DNA from: an uncultured Rikenella sp.
GTDB lineage: Bacteria; Bacteroidota; Bacteroidia; Bacteroidales; VadinHA17
Direction of reading: 5' to 3'
NCBI GenBank assembly: GCA_964488645.1
Contig: CAZAVK010000003.1
Span: 43,145-107,144, forward strand
DNA: 64,000 nucleotides
Made by a program: the position numbers and the translations under genes. Positions 18,143 through 29,700 of the stretch are shown piece after piece; position 1 is the stretch's first letter, and each line of letters begins with the position of its first letter. Under the pieces are notes generated by a model, which did no database searches, was not told the origin of the DNA, and saw nothing but the letters and a program-made list of their open reading frames with translations.

Positions 18143-18324
18143 ACACATATGTTTTTTACTTTTAGCCCATTTCAGGGCTCCGCAGATGGGGATAAAATCT
18201 TTGAAAAAGTTGATAACTAGTTATTATTTTTTGACGAAAGCCGGCCGGCATAGGAAAAAACGGTCTATCTTTAACTTGTCATAAAAAGGCGTCAGGGCCA
18301 CATAAGGGTAAGGAATCAGATCAT

Positions 18325-18783
18325 ATGGTTAAGCTACAGGACATTCGAATTGAGGCGACAGCTAAAACCCCTCAGGTTAGTTTCACGGCATCTACCGGAA
18401 ATCTAACATTTATTGGAAAGTCCCTCCCGGAAAACGCATCGGGCTTCTTCGAGCCCATTTACAAGTGGGCTGTGGAATATGCCAAGAATCCGGCTGAGAG
18501 TACCAACCTGAAATTCAATGTAGATTACTTCAATACCTCGTCCGTTATATGGATGGGTAAGATACTCAAGACATTAACCAAGATCAAGAAGAGTGAGCAC
18601 ATTCTGTTTGTGCATCTCTATTTTGACATCGAGGAGTATGACTCCATGGGTGAAGAGGATGTCAGGGAGTCTCTCTCGCCGTTTCTTGATGTCACCGCCG
18701 ATGCCACCTGTAGTGTGGGTATCAGGCTCTACGGCATTGATGAGGATGGTAACATACTGAAGGAGAACATGGTCCTTATCTGA
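18325..18783 (+). CDS. DUF1987 (SiaC-like regulatory phosphoprotein fold) protein
   Basis: The pattern I.ATAKTPQVSF...GNLTFIGKSLPENASGFFEPIYKWAVEY...LKFNVDYFNTSS...ILKTL matches the DUF1987/SiaC pattern (TP..F, G.S.PEN, W, Y.NTSS). Confidence 0.7.
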   Translation: MVKLQDIRIEATAKTPQVSFTASTGNLTFIGKSLPENASGFFEPIYKWAVEYAKNPAESTNLKFNVDYFNTSSVIWMGKILKTLTKIKKSEHILFVHLYFDIEEYDSMGEEDVRESLSPFLDVTADATCSVGIRLYGIDEDGNILKENMVLI

Positions 18784-18846
18784 GTCCTTCGGATTCTGAT
18801 TTCTTGCACATTTAGCCTATCTTTACGGGAGATAACTGCTTTTATC

Positions 18847-20562
18847 ATGAAAAGAGTTAGTCTCATTCCTCTCATCTTAATTCTATCGGTTATGAACCTA
18901 TTCGGTCAGGGGCGCAACAGGCAGCCCGTTGTAGCCGGCAGTTTCTACCCTGCGTCGGGTGAGAAGCTCAGAGGCGACCTTGCAGGCTATTTTGCCTCTT
19001 TCAGTGCACCGGGCCGCAGTGCATTGATAAGGGCAATCATCGTTCCGCATGCCGGATACATTTATTCAGGACACACCGCTGCCGCCGGTTTTGCCGCCAT
19101 CCCTGCCGAGGCGGAGTATGACAATATCTTCCTAATCGGGGTGAGTCACCGGTACGGCTTTGACGGGGCTGCAGTCTTCACCTCGGGTGACCTGGTCACC
19201 CCGCTGGGCACCCTCAGGGTCAACCGTGAGCTGGGCGAACAACTGAAATCGACCGGCAAGTGGTTCATCACCAGGGATGATGCTCACGGGCCGGAGCACT
19301 CACTGGAGGTACAGTTGCCCTTCATACAGTACCACTTTAAAAAGGTGCCTCCGGTAATCCCGATTCTTATCGGCACCCGCAATACCAACATTCTGAAGGC
19401 ATTGGCTACCAGCCTGCAACCATGGTTCAATGAGCGCAATCTCTTTGTCATCAGCAGTGATTTCTCACACTACCCCTCATACGAGGATGCCCGTTATGCT
19501 GACCGGCTCGCCAGTGATGCCATCATCAGGGGCGATCCGAACGGTTTCCTGCGCACTATAAGAGAGATTGAGTCATCGGGTACCGCCGGCCTTGTCACCG
19601 CCATGTGCGGCTGGCCGGCAGGACTGGTGCTGCTTTACATGACAGAGAAGAGCGAGGGGCTCCGGTTCCGCAACGTCGAGTACACCAACTCGGGCGATTC
19701 GCCGATCGGCTCCCGCAGTGAGGTGGTGGGATACAATGCCATTATACTCGAGAAAAGAGGCGGCAGCGACACCGGCAGCGATGCCGCGAGTGGAAGACCG
19801 GGCGGGGCAGCCTCCACAACTGCCACGGGTTTCCGGGGCAGCATGCCACGAGGCCCGTTTGCCTACTCCGGCACAGATAATTGCCGTGAGAGCGGCAGCC
19901 GTCCGGCTGCCGCGACCGGTCCGATGAGCGGGGATACCCATCTCTCCGCCACGGCATCAGACCGATCTGCCCCGTGGCTGACCGCCGCCGGCGAGCCCTT
20001 CACCCTCACTCCGGCTGAGAAGAGGACGCTGCTGGAGATTGCGCGCGAATCGATCATGGCACAGCTGGATGGGCGCAAGCCGGCAGCCGTGTCTGAGGCG
20101 AGGCTTACGCCGAAGCTGAAGGAGCCACTCGGCGCCTTTGTGACCATCACGAAGAAGGGGCAGCTCAGAGGATGTATCGGCCGGTTCACCGCCACCGAGC
20201 CCCTGTGGCTGGTGGTCTCAACCATGGCCGGCGAGGCAGCTTTCAGTGACCCGCGGTTTACCCCGCTGAAAAGGTCTGAGTATCCCTCCATTGAGATTGA
20301 AATATCGGTCCTGGGACCGATGCAGAAGATCAGTGATATCAGTGAGATCCGGCTGGGTCATCACGGCATCTATATCAGAAAAGGCTACCGTTCAGGCACT
20401 TTCCTCCCCCAGGTGGCTGACGGACGCGACTGGAGCACAGAGGAGTTCCTGAGTTACTGCTCACGTGATAAGGCCGGCATCGGATGGGACGGCTGGCGTG
20501 ACAAGGATACCGAGATCTTTGTCTACGAAGCACTGGTCTTCAGTGAAAAGGAGACCCCATGA
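18847..20562 (+). CDS. fused AmmeMemoRadiSam system protein B (Memo-like) and protein A (AMMECR1-like), with an N-terminal signal peptide
   Basis: Signal peptide MKRVSLIPLILILSVMNLFGQG. The Memo part has VAGSFYPAS, IIVPHAGYIYSG, EHSLEVQLPF and SSDFSHY. A roughly 90-aa low-complexity G/S/A/P/T linker follows. The AMMECR1 part has GAFVTITKKGQLRGCIGRF and FSDPRF. Confidence 0.85.
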   Translation: MKRVSLIPLILILSVMNLFGQGRNRQPVVAGSFYPASGEKLRGDLAGYFASFSAPGRSALIRAIIVPHAGYIYSGHTAAAGFAAIPAEAEYDNIFLIGVSHRYGFDGAAVFTSGDLVTPLGTLRVNRELGEQLKSTGKWFITRDDAHGPEHSLEVQLPFIQYHFKKVPPVIPILIGTRNTNILKALATSLQPWFNERNLFVISSDFSHYPSYEDARYADRLASDAIIRGDPNGFLRTIREIESSGTAGLVTAMCGWPAGLVLLYMTEKSEGLRFRNVEYTNSGDSPIGSRSEVVGYNAIILEKRGGSDTGSDAASGRPGGAASTTATGFRGSMPRGPFAYSGTDNCRESGSRPAAATGPMSGDTHLSATASDRSAPWLTAAGEPFTLTPAEKRTLLEIARESIMAQLDGRKPAAVSEARLTPKLKEPLGAFVTITKKGQLRGCIGRFTATEPLWLVVSTMAGEAAFSDPRFTPLKRSEYPSIEIEISVLGPMQKISDISEIRLGHHGIYIRKGYRSGTFLPQVADGRDWSTEEFLSYCSRDKAGIGWDGWRDKDTEIFVYEALVFSEKETP

Positions 20563-22982
20563 CCTATCATGTCTTTCCAATCGGGATGACCTTTCTGGTC
20601 ATCTACCTCTTTTCGGCATACCTGTCATCTGCCGGATTCATTACCCGTGATTTGCACCGCCGGCTCTGGAACTGGTTTCTGCTCATCGGGTTCCTCACAG
20701 CAGGTATGTCGGGCATCTTCCTGGCTCTCAGGGCCAACTACCGCTGGGAGCTCCCTTTCACCGAGCAGTTGCTCCACTGGCATGTTGAGGCGGGTGCCAC
20801 AATGGTTGTACTGGCTGTCATTCACCTTATCCGTCACTTCAGGTATTATTCCGGGAGGAGCGGCAATGCCGTGTCTGCTGCTGCCTCTCCTCCTCCGGCA
20901 GCCGATCCCGCGGTTGCCGGCCGTCTAAGGCCGCTTCTGCTGCTTATAGGATTTGTCAGCTCCTCGGCGCAGTTTATCATGATGCGTGAGGCGGCCATCC
21001 TTGGTGGCGGCACCGAGGCCACTGCAGGGCTCTATCTCTGGCTCTGGCTCATCATCGCTGCCGGCGGGGCCCTGGCCGGCAGGCACTCTTCAACCGGTTC
21101 GGTGAAAAGGATGGTATGGACTCTTCTGGGGGCCACTGCCCTGGCCCCTGCCGCCTTCATAATGATGAATCTCATTATCCTCAATCCCGGCGAGACTCCC
21201 TCGCTGCTGCAGTCGGTGATCATCATTGCTGTCAGTGTTGCTCCGGTCACATTTCTGTCGGCCCTCATCTTCGTCCGCCTCTCCGACATAAGGCAGCAAG
21301 CAGGTCTCTCGGCTGCCGGCGGCAGCTTCGGCGCAGAAACAGCCGGATCGGTGGCAGCCGGCCTCTTCACCGCCCTCACGGTGTCACTGAAGATTCCCAA
21401 CTACCAGCTTTATATCCTGATCCTGCTCCTCGCCTCAGGCTGCGCAGCCTGGCTCCTGGGCTACCCCTTCCGGACAAGGATCATTGTCCTTCTGTCACTG
21501 ATACCGCTGCTGATACTGATTCTTATCTCACGGCCTGACCGGGTATTCAGGAGCCTGCTGCTGCAGGGTATAGTGGCAGAGAAGAGCATTGACACCCCGT
21601 TCGGCAATATCACCACGGGCAGTTACGGGGGTGAACAGGTTGTCTACTATGACCACCGCCCCCTCTTCTTTGAAGATGACATCATTACTGCTGAAGAGAA
21701 CATACATTATGCTCTCCTGCAACGGAGCAGCTATGACAGCGTGTTGCTTATCTCAGGCGGTCTCCGCAGGCATCTCCCCCATCTGGAGGCGTATCCGGTC
21801 AACTCCCTCACCTACCTGGAGATGGATCCCGGACTGATAGCAGCAGAAGGTGCCGCTGACACCCTCTGCGGAACGATGCGGGTCAGGGTTGTCAGAGATG
21901 ACCCCGTGACCTTCCTGAGAAAGGACAGAACTAGGTACGATGCCGTCATTCAGCTGATCCCTCCCCCATCAACGCTGTCAGTCAACAGGTTCTACACCAT
22001 TGAGTATTTCCGCATGATCAGGGATCACCTCTCGCCCGGGGGCATCTTCATGTCAACACCCATGCCCTGGTACAGCTACTCTCCTGAGAGCTACCGTAAG
22101 GGTTTCTCTCCGCTCTTCAACTCCCTCTCGGAGGTCTTCAGCCATATCTCCCTGATACCTGGCTCATTGCTCTACGTGGTAGCTTCAGATGATACGGTAA
22201 CCTCATCAGTGGTCCGGCTGAGCGATGAGAGAGGTGGCCCCGGAGAGTGGGTCAACCGTGACTACCTTGATGACAATGAGATAGAGCGGAACGCCGGGAA
22301 GGTACTGCTTCAGATTGACCGCGATGCCGGGCTGAACATGGCACTCAGGCCAAGGAGCACCCTCTTCACCAGTCTCCTGTCGCTTGAGCAGAGAGGGTTG
22401 CGCGGAGGAGCCATTGCCCTGCTAACGTTGCTGATAGTGATACCCTTTCTCTTCACAGGCAGGGGCGGATATGTGATGTTTGCCTCTTCAGCAGGCCTGG
22501 CAGGTTTCGGCATGATCATGATATTCATGCTCCAGGTGGTTGCAGGCAATATCTATATCCTCTCGGCGGTGATACTCACGCTGCTCATGGCCGGACTGGC
22601 TGCCGGGGCGGCGCTGGGTGACCGTATGCGGCTGCAGAGGCTTCTCACATGCTCTATGCTGCTATTCGCCCTCTTCACCGCCGCCGGTATGCTTGCCCCG
22701 CGCCTTATCACCATGGCGCCCCTGCCGGTGATGGCATTCATCATTATCTCCCTGACGGCAGCCGGAATCCTTACCGGTTCCATCTACCGCATACTTACCT
22801 CACGCAGCAAGGAGAGCATCACCGGCAATATCTATGCAGCCGACATGGCCGGATCAGCCCTGGGGTATCTCACTGCCGCCACCCTCATTGTTCCCCTGGC
22901 AGGCATGGCCGATGCATGCTTCATCATGGCACTGAATGTTTTGATTGCCGGTATTGTTGCATCTGTAACAAGAAAAGAGTAG
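20559..22982 (+). CDS. polytopic membrane protein (about 16-17 TM by eye) with a central spermidine-synthase-like (SAM-fold) domain
   Basis: 807 aa. About 10 hydrophobic segments come first, then a ~300-aa soluble region (VLLISGGLRRH...LEMDP...VRDDPVTFL...YDAVIQLIPPPS...FYTIEYF...LSPGGIF) resembling SpeE with its motifs degenerated, then 6-7 more TM segments. ATGA overlap with the upstream gene. Confidence 0.7.
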   Translation: MTYHVFPIGMTFLVIYLFSAYLSSAGFITRDLHRRLWNWFLLIGFLTAGMSGIFLALRANYRWELPFTEQLLHWHVEAGATMVVLAVIHLIRHFRYYSGRSGNAVSAAASPPPAADPAVAGRLRPLLLLIGFVSSSAQFIMMREAAILGGGTEATAGLYLWLWLIIAAGGALAGRHSSTGSVKRMVWTLLGATALAPAAFIMMNLIILNPGETPSLLQSVIIIAVSVAPVTFLSALIFVRLSDIRQQAGLSAAGGSFGAETAGSVAAGLFTALTVSLKIPNYQLYILILLLASGCAAWLLGYPFRTRIIVLLSLIPLLILILISRPDRVFRSLLLQGIVAEKSIDTPFGNITTGSYGGEQVVYYDHRPLFFEDDIITAEENIHYALLQRSSYDSVLLISGGLRRHLPHLEAYPVNSLTYLEMDPGLIAAEGAADTLCGTMRVRVVRDDPVTFLRKDRTRYDAVIQLIPPPSTLSVNRFYTIEYFRMIRDHLSPGGIFMSTPMPWYSYSPESYRKGFSPLFNSLSEVFSHISLIPGSLLYVVASDDTVTSSVVRLSDERGGPGEWVNRDYLDDNEIERNAGKVLLQIDRDAGLNMALRPRSTLFTSLLSLEQRGLRGGAIALLTLLIVIPFLFTGRGGYVMFASSAGLAGFGMIMIFMLQVVAGNIYILSAVILTLLMAGLAAGAALGDRMRLQRLLTCSMLLFALFTAAGMLAPRLITMAPLPVMAFIIISLTAAGILTGSIYRILTSRSKESITGNIYAADMAGSALGYLTAATLIVPLAGMADACFIMALNVLIAGIVASVTRKE

Positions 22983-23014
22983 ATTTATAGCCGGGGATCA
23001 GAACCTTCAATCCA

Positions 23015-24133
23015 TTGAAAAAGAAAGATAACAAGATAAGCAGGAGAACTTTTGCCCGGCGCGGATCACTGGCCCTGGCAGCCGGGGTCGTTGCTCCGTT
23101 TCCTGCCGGTGCCCTGAGGCCTGCACCTGCCGAGCGGCTCGCCATGTTCCAGGAGCAGAGCCCGCGGGGAGTGGTATGTCTCATCTGCCCGAATGCCTGT
23201 ACTCTCAAGGATGGCGAAGTGAGTGACTGTCGCAACCGGATAGCCAGGAAATCAAAGCTTTATACCATGGCTTTCGGCAATCCATGTGCTATCAACATCG
23301 ATCCTGTCGAGAAGAAGCCGCTCTTCCATTTCCTGCCTGGAACAACCTCGTTTTCCATTGCTACTGCCGGGTGTAACCTGTCATGTCTCAACTGCCAGAA
23401 CTGGACCATCTCACAGACCTCTCCCGACAAGACCCGTAACTATGACATGCCTCCTTCGAGTGTGGTGTCTGAGGCTGCCGCGGCGGGTTGCCGCACCATC
23501 TCATATACCTACTCCGAGCCGGTCACATTTTACGAGTATGTTTATGAAACCTCCAGGCTGGCGCACAGTGCCGGCATCCGGAACATCATGGTCTCCAACG
23601 GCTATATCAACCACGACCCGCTGAAGCAGCTCTGCCGCTATATCGACGCAGCAAATATCGATCTCAAGTCATTCAGTGACAGCACCTATCTCAAGCTCAC
23701 CGGGGGCCGGCTGCAGCCGGTACTGGATACTCTGAAGACCTATCGCGATGAGGGTGTCTGGCTTGAGATCACCAACCTGATCGTGCCGGGCTGGACAGAC
23801 AAGCCGGACGAAATCAAACGGTTATGCAACTGGCTGGCAACAAACGGTTTCAGTGAGACGCCCCTCCACTTCAGCCGCTTCCAGCCACTCTATAAGCTGG
23901 AACACCTCCCCCCGACACCGGCGGCCATCCTGAAGAAAGCAGCCGAACTCGCTGCAGCAGAAGGAATCAGATATGTCTATATCGGCAATATGCCGGGCGC
24001 CGGCGCAGAGGATACGATCTGTCCCTCCTGCGGGAACAGACTGGTTGACCGCAGCGGGTTCAGGATCGTATCATCCGCCATCAGGAACGGAAAATGCAGC
24101 TGTGGCACCAGTATACCAGGGGTGTGGAGCTGA
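23015..24133 (+). CDS. AmmeMemoRadiSam system radical SAM enzyme (AmrS). The annotated TTG start adds a Tat-type signal; the alternative start is ATG 23144.
   Basis: An N-terminal Cys cluster VVCLICPNAC...DCRNR and the radical SAM motif GCNLSCLNCQNW. The N-terminal 43 codons encode MKKKDNKISRRTFARRGSLALAAGVVAPFPAGA. Confidence 0.8.
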   Translation: MKKKDNKISRRTFARRGSLALAAGVVAPFPAGALRPAPAERLAMFQEQSPRGVVCLICPNACTLKDGEVSDCRNRIARKSKLYTMAFGNPCAINIDPVEKKPLFHFLPGTTSFSIATAGCNLSCLNCQNWTISQTSPDKTRNYDMPPSSVVSEAAAAGCRTISYTYSEPVTFYEYVYETSRLAHSAGIRNIMVSNGYINHDPLKQLCRYIDAANIDLKSFSDSTYLKLTGGRLQPVLDTLKTYRDEGVWLEITNLIVPGWTDKPDEIKRLCNWLATNGFSETPLHFSRFQPLYKLEHLPPTPAAILKKAAELAAAEGIRYVYIGNMPGAGAEDTICPSCGNRLVDRSGFRIVSSAIRNGKCSCGTSIPGVWS

Positions 24134-24157
24134 ACTCATCAACAGTACCAATATTGA

Positions 24158-26170
<2,013 letters not shown>

Positions 26171-26220
26171 TTGATGCCTCAGCCCATGGAAAAACAAAAA
26201 ATAAATAGGTTTGCATTGTC

Positions 26221-26787
26221 ATGGGACTTTTCTACAATTTGAGGTTACAAGCCGGCAGAATAAGGCTCAGGAAGCTCTCTTCCGGTCTGCGGAGAGTCTC
26301 TGAAGAGTTCAGCCTTGACAGGGTCAAGCGGGTAGGTATCCTGTGGGATGCCTCCTCCGAGCAGGATTTCCAGCACATCTCGGCATTGAACAGGAAGCTG
26401 TCGGAGAGTGGCCGCACGGTTGAAGTTATCGCATGGATACCCGGCAAAAACGTTCCTGACAGGCTGACCGGTCTCACCTATGTAAGGTTTCTCAGGCGCA
26501 GCGATCTGAACTGGGCGCTCTTTCCCGTGTCAGATGATGCCCGGAAGTTCATGGAGACGAAGTATGATCTGCTGATTGACATCAACCCCTCATCACTGTT
26601 CCAGCTCAGCGTTATCGCCGGCCTTTCGCCCGCGCCCATGAAGGTGGGGCCTGACACCGCCGACAGGCCTGAGGAGGCCCCCTATGATATTATGATCAAA
26701 GCTCCCGGCCCCTTCAGCATTGCTGCATTCCTTGAGAATGCAATGCATTACCTGTCGCTCATCAAGCCGCCTGTGGTACCGGCCTGA
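26221..26787 (+). CDS. hypothetical protein (no family recognised)
   Basis: 188-aa ORF with coding-like composition. Its 3' end overlaps the secA 3' end by 40 nt (convergent). Confidence 0.5.
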   Translation: MGLFYNLRLQAGRIRLRKLSSGLRRVSEEFSLDRVKRVGILWDASSEQDFQHISALNRKLSESGRTVEVIAWIPGKNVPDRLTGLTYVRFLRRSDLNWALFPVSDDARKFMETKYDLLIDINPSSLFQLSVIAGLSPAPMKVGPDTADRPEEAPYDIMIKAPGPFSIAAFLENAMHYLSLIKPPVVPA

Positions 26788-29700
26788 GCAGCCCCCTGTC
26801 CGTGGCAGTGCTTGTACTTCTTTCCGCTGCCGCATGGGCAAAGCTCATTCCTGCCCACCTTCTTCTCCACCCTGACCGGTGCCATCTGCCGCTGCCGCTG
26901 GTCGGGTGCTCCCCCGTCGCCGCCGCGGTAGCTGTCGAAGTCGCTCTTCTGTGTTCTCAGCCTGCTGTGGTCAGTCTGGCGGCGGTGCTGTGCCTGCCGT
27001 ACATTTTCAGGTGCAACGGGTATGGTTCCCTTCATCAGCAGGCTCACCACATCCTGATTCACCTTGTTGACGACAGCCTTGAAGAGTTCGAATGATTCAA
27101 ACTTGTAAATGAGCAGCGGATCCTTCTGCTCATAGGTAGCTGCCTGGACGGCCTGCTTCAGATCGTCCATCTCCCGCAGGTGCTCCCGCCATGCATCATC
27201 TATGGTGGCGAGTACCGCCGTCTTCTCAAATGAGCGCAGCAACTCCTTCCCCTCGCTCTCCACCGAGGCCTGCAGGTTGGTAATGACGTTATAGGTCCGT
27301 ACGCCGTCAGTGATGGGCACCACCACATTCTCATAGGTGCCCGACATCCTCTCGTAGACATCCTTCAGCACCGGGTATGCCGTTGCCGAGATCACTTCAC
27401 CCTTGCGCCGGTAGGCCTCGAGCACCCTGGCATAGACGGCATCGGTCACCTCCTGGTCGCTTCCCTTGATGAAATCGCTCCTGGGCACCGGTGAATCGAT
27501 GGAGAGCGAGCGGATAAGTGCCAGCTGGAACTCTTCCCAGTCAGAGGTATCCTTGTAGGTTGTGGTGACATTTTCGGTCACGTCATACATCATGTTCGCT
27601 ATATCCACTGCCAGCCTCTCGCCCAGCAGTGCATGACGGCGCTTGCTGTAGATCACCTCGCGCTGTGAGTTCATCACATCATCATACTCCAGCAGTCTCT
27701 TCCTGATACCGAAGTTGTTCTCCTCAACCTTCTTCTGGGCCCTCTCAATCGACCTGGTGATCATCTGGTGCTGTATCATCTCACCATCCTTCAGGCCGAG
27801 CCGGTCCATGATGCCTGCTATCCTCTCCGATCCGAACAGTCTCATCAGGTCATCCTCGAGTGATACGAAGAACTGTGATGAGCCCGGGTCTCCCTGTCGT
27901 CCTGCCCTTCCTCTCAGCTGCCTGTCGACGCGCCGCGACTCATGCCTTTCGGTGCCGATAATCGCCAGTCCGCCCGCCTTTTTCACCTCGGGGGTGAGCT
28001 TGATGTCGGTACCCCTTCCCGCCATATTGGTTGCGATGGTGATGGTACCGGTTTTGCCGGCCTCTGCCACAATCTCGGCCTCGCGCTGGTGGAGCTTGGC
28101 GTTCAGTACATTATGCTTCAGCCCCTTCATCTTGAGCATACGGCTGAGCAGCTCGGAGATCTCAACCGAGGTGGTGCCCACCAGTACCGGCCGGCCCGCC
28201 TTGTTGAGGCTCACTATCTCATCTATCACCGCATTGTACTTCTCACGCTTGGTCTTATAGACCAGGTCTTCGCGGTCATCCCTGATCACCGGAACGTTGG
28301 TGGGGATAACCACCACGTCGAGCTTATAGATATTCCAGAACTCACCCGCCTCGGTAATGGCGGTACCGGTCATGCCTGCCAGCTTGTGGTACATCCTGAA
28401 GTAGTTCTGGAGGGTGATGGTTGCATATGTCTGTGTGGCAGCCTCAACCTTCACATTCTCCTTTGCCTCGATGGCCTGATGCAGTCCGTCTGAGTAGCGT
28501 CGTCCCTCAAGGATTCGTCCGGTCTGTTCATCCACGATCTTTACCTTGTTGTCCATCACCACATATTCCACATCCTTCTCGAAGAGGGTATATGCTTTCA
28601 TCAGCTGTGTCATGGTATGGACCCTTTCCGACTTCATGGCAAAGTCCTGCAGCAACTCATCCTTGGCCCGCATCTTCTCCTTCTCGTCAGAGATATTTCT
28701 CTCGATATCCGCTATCTGACTGCCCACGTCAGGCAGCACGAAGAAGCTGGCATCCTCCACGGAGGTTGATATGAGGTCATGTCCCTTCTCGGTCAGTTCG
28801 ATCGAGTTTGCCTTCTCATCGATCACGAAGTAGAGCTCTTCGGTCACTTTCGGCATCTCCTTCGAGTTATTCTGCATATAGAAGTTCTCGGTCTTCTGCA
28901 GTTGAGTCCTTATCCCCTCTTCGCTCAGGTACTTGATCAGTGCGCTGTTCTTCGGCAGGCCCTTGTATGCCCTCAGCAGCAGCATCCCCCCCTTGTCGGT
29001 GTCTCCCTCTGCCAGCAGTTTCTTTGAGTCGGCCAGCAGTTGTGTCACCAGGCGGCGCTGTGCGCTGACCAGTTTTTCCACCTTCCCCTTGTACTCATCA
29101 AACTGCATGGTATCGCTCTTGGCGGTGGGTCCTGAGATAATCAGCGGCGTACGGGCATCATCAATCAGCACCGAGTCAACCTCGTCAACAATGGCATAGT
29201 GGTGCTTGCGCTGTACCAGGTCTTCAGGGTTGATAGCCATGTTGTCACGCAGGTAATCAAACCCGAACTCGTTGTTGGTTCCGAAGGTAACATCAGAGTT
29301 GTATGCCTTCCTCCGTGCCGGAGAGTTGGGCTCATGCTTGTCAATGCAGTCAACCGTCAGCCCGTGGAACTCATAGAGCGGGCCCATCCATTCCGAGTCG
29401 CGCTTTGAGAGGTAGTCATTAACCGTTACAATATGTACTCCCCTGCCTGCCAGGGCATTGAGGAATACCGGCAGGGTAGCCACCAGGGTCTTTCCCTCAC
29501 CGGTAGCCATCTCCGAGATCTTCCCCTTGTGGAGTGCCACCCCGCCTATCAGCTGAACGTCATAGTGTACCATGTCCCACACTATCTCGTTCCCGCCGGC
29601 TATCCAGCGGTTTTTCCAGTAGGCCTTTTCACCTGAGACTGTGATGGATGGTCTGTGTGCTGCCAGTTCACGGTCCCAGTCGCGTGCAGTCACCTCCAGC

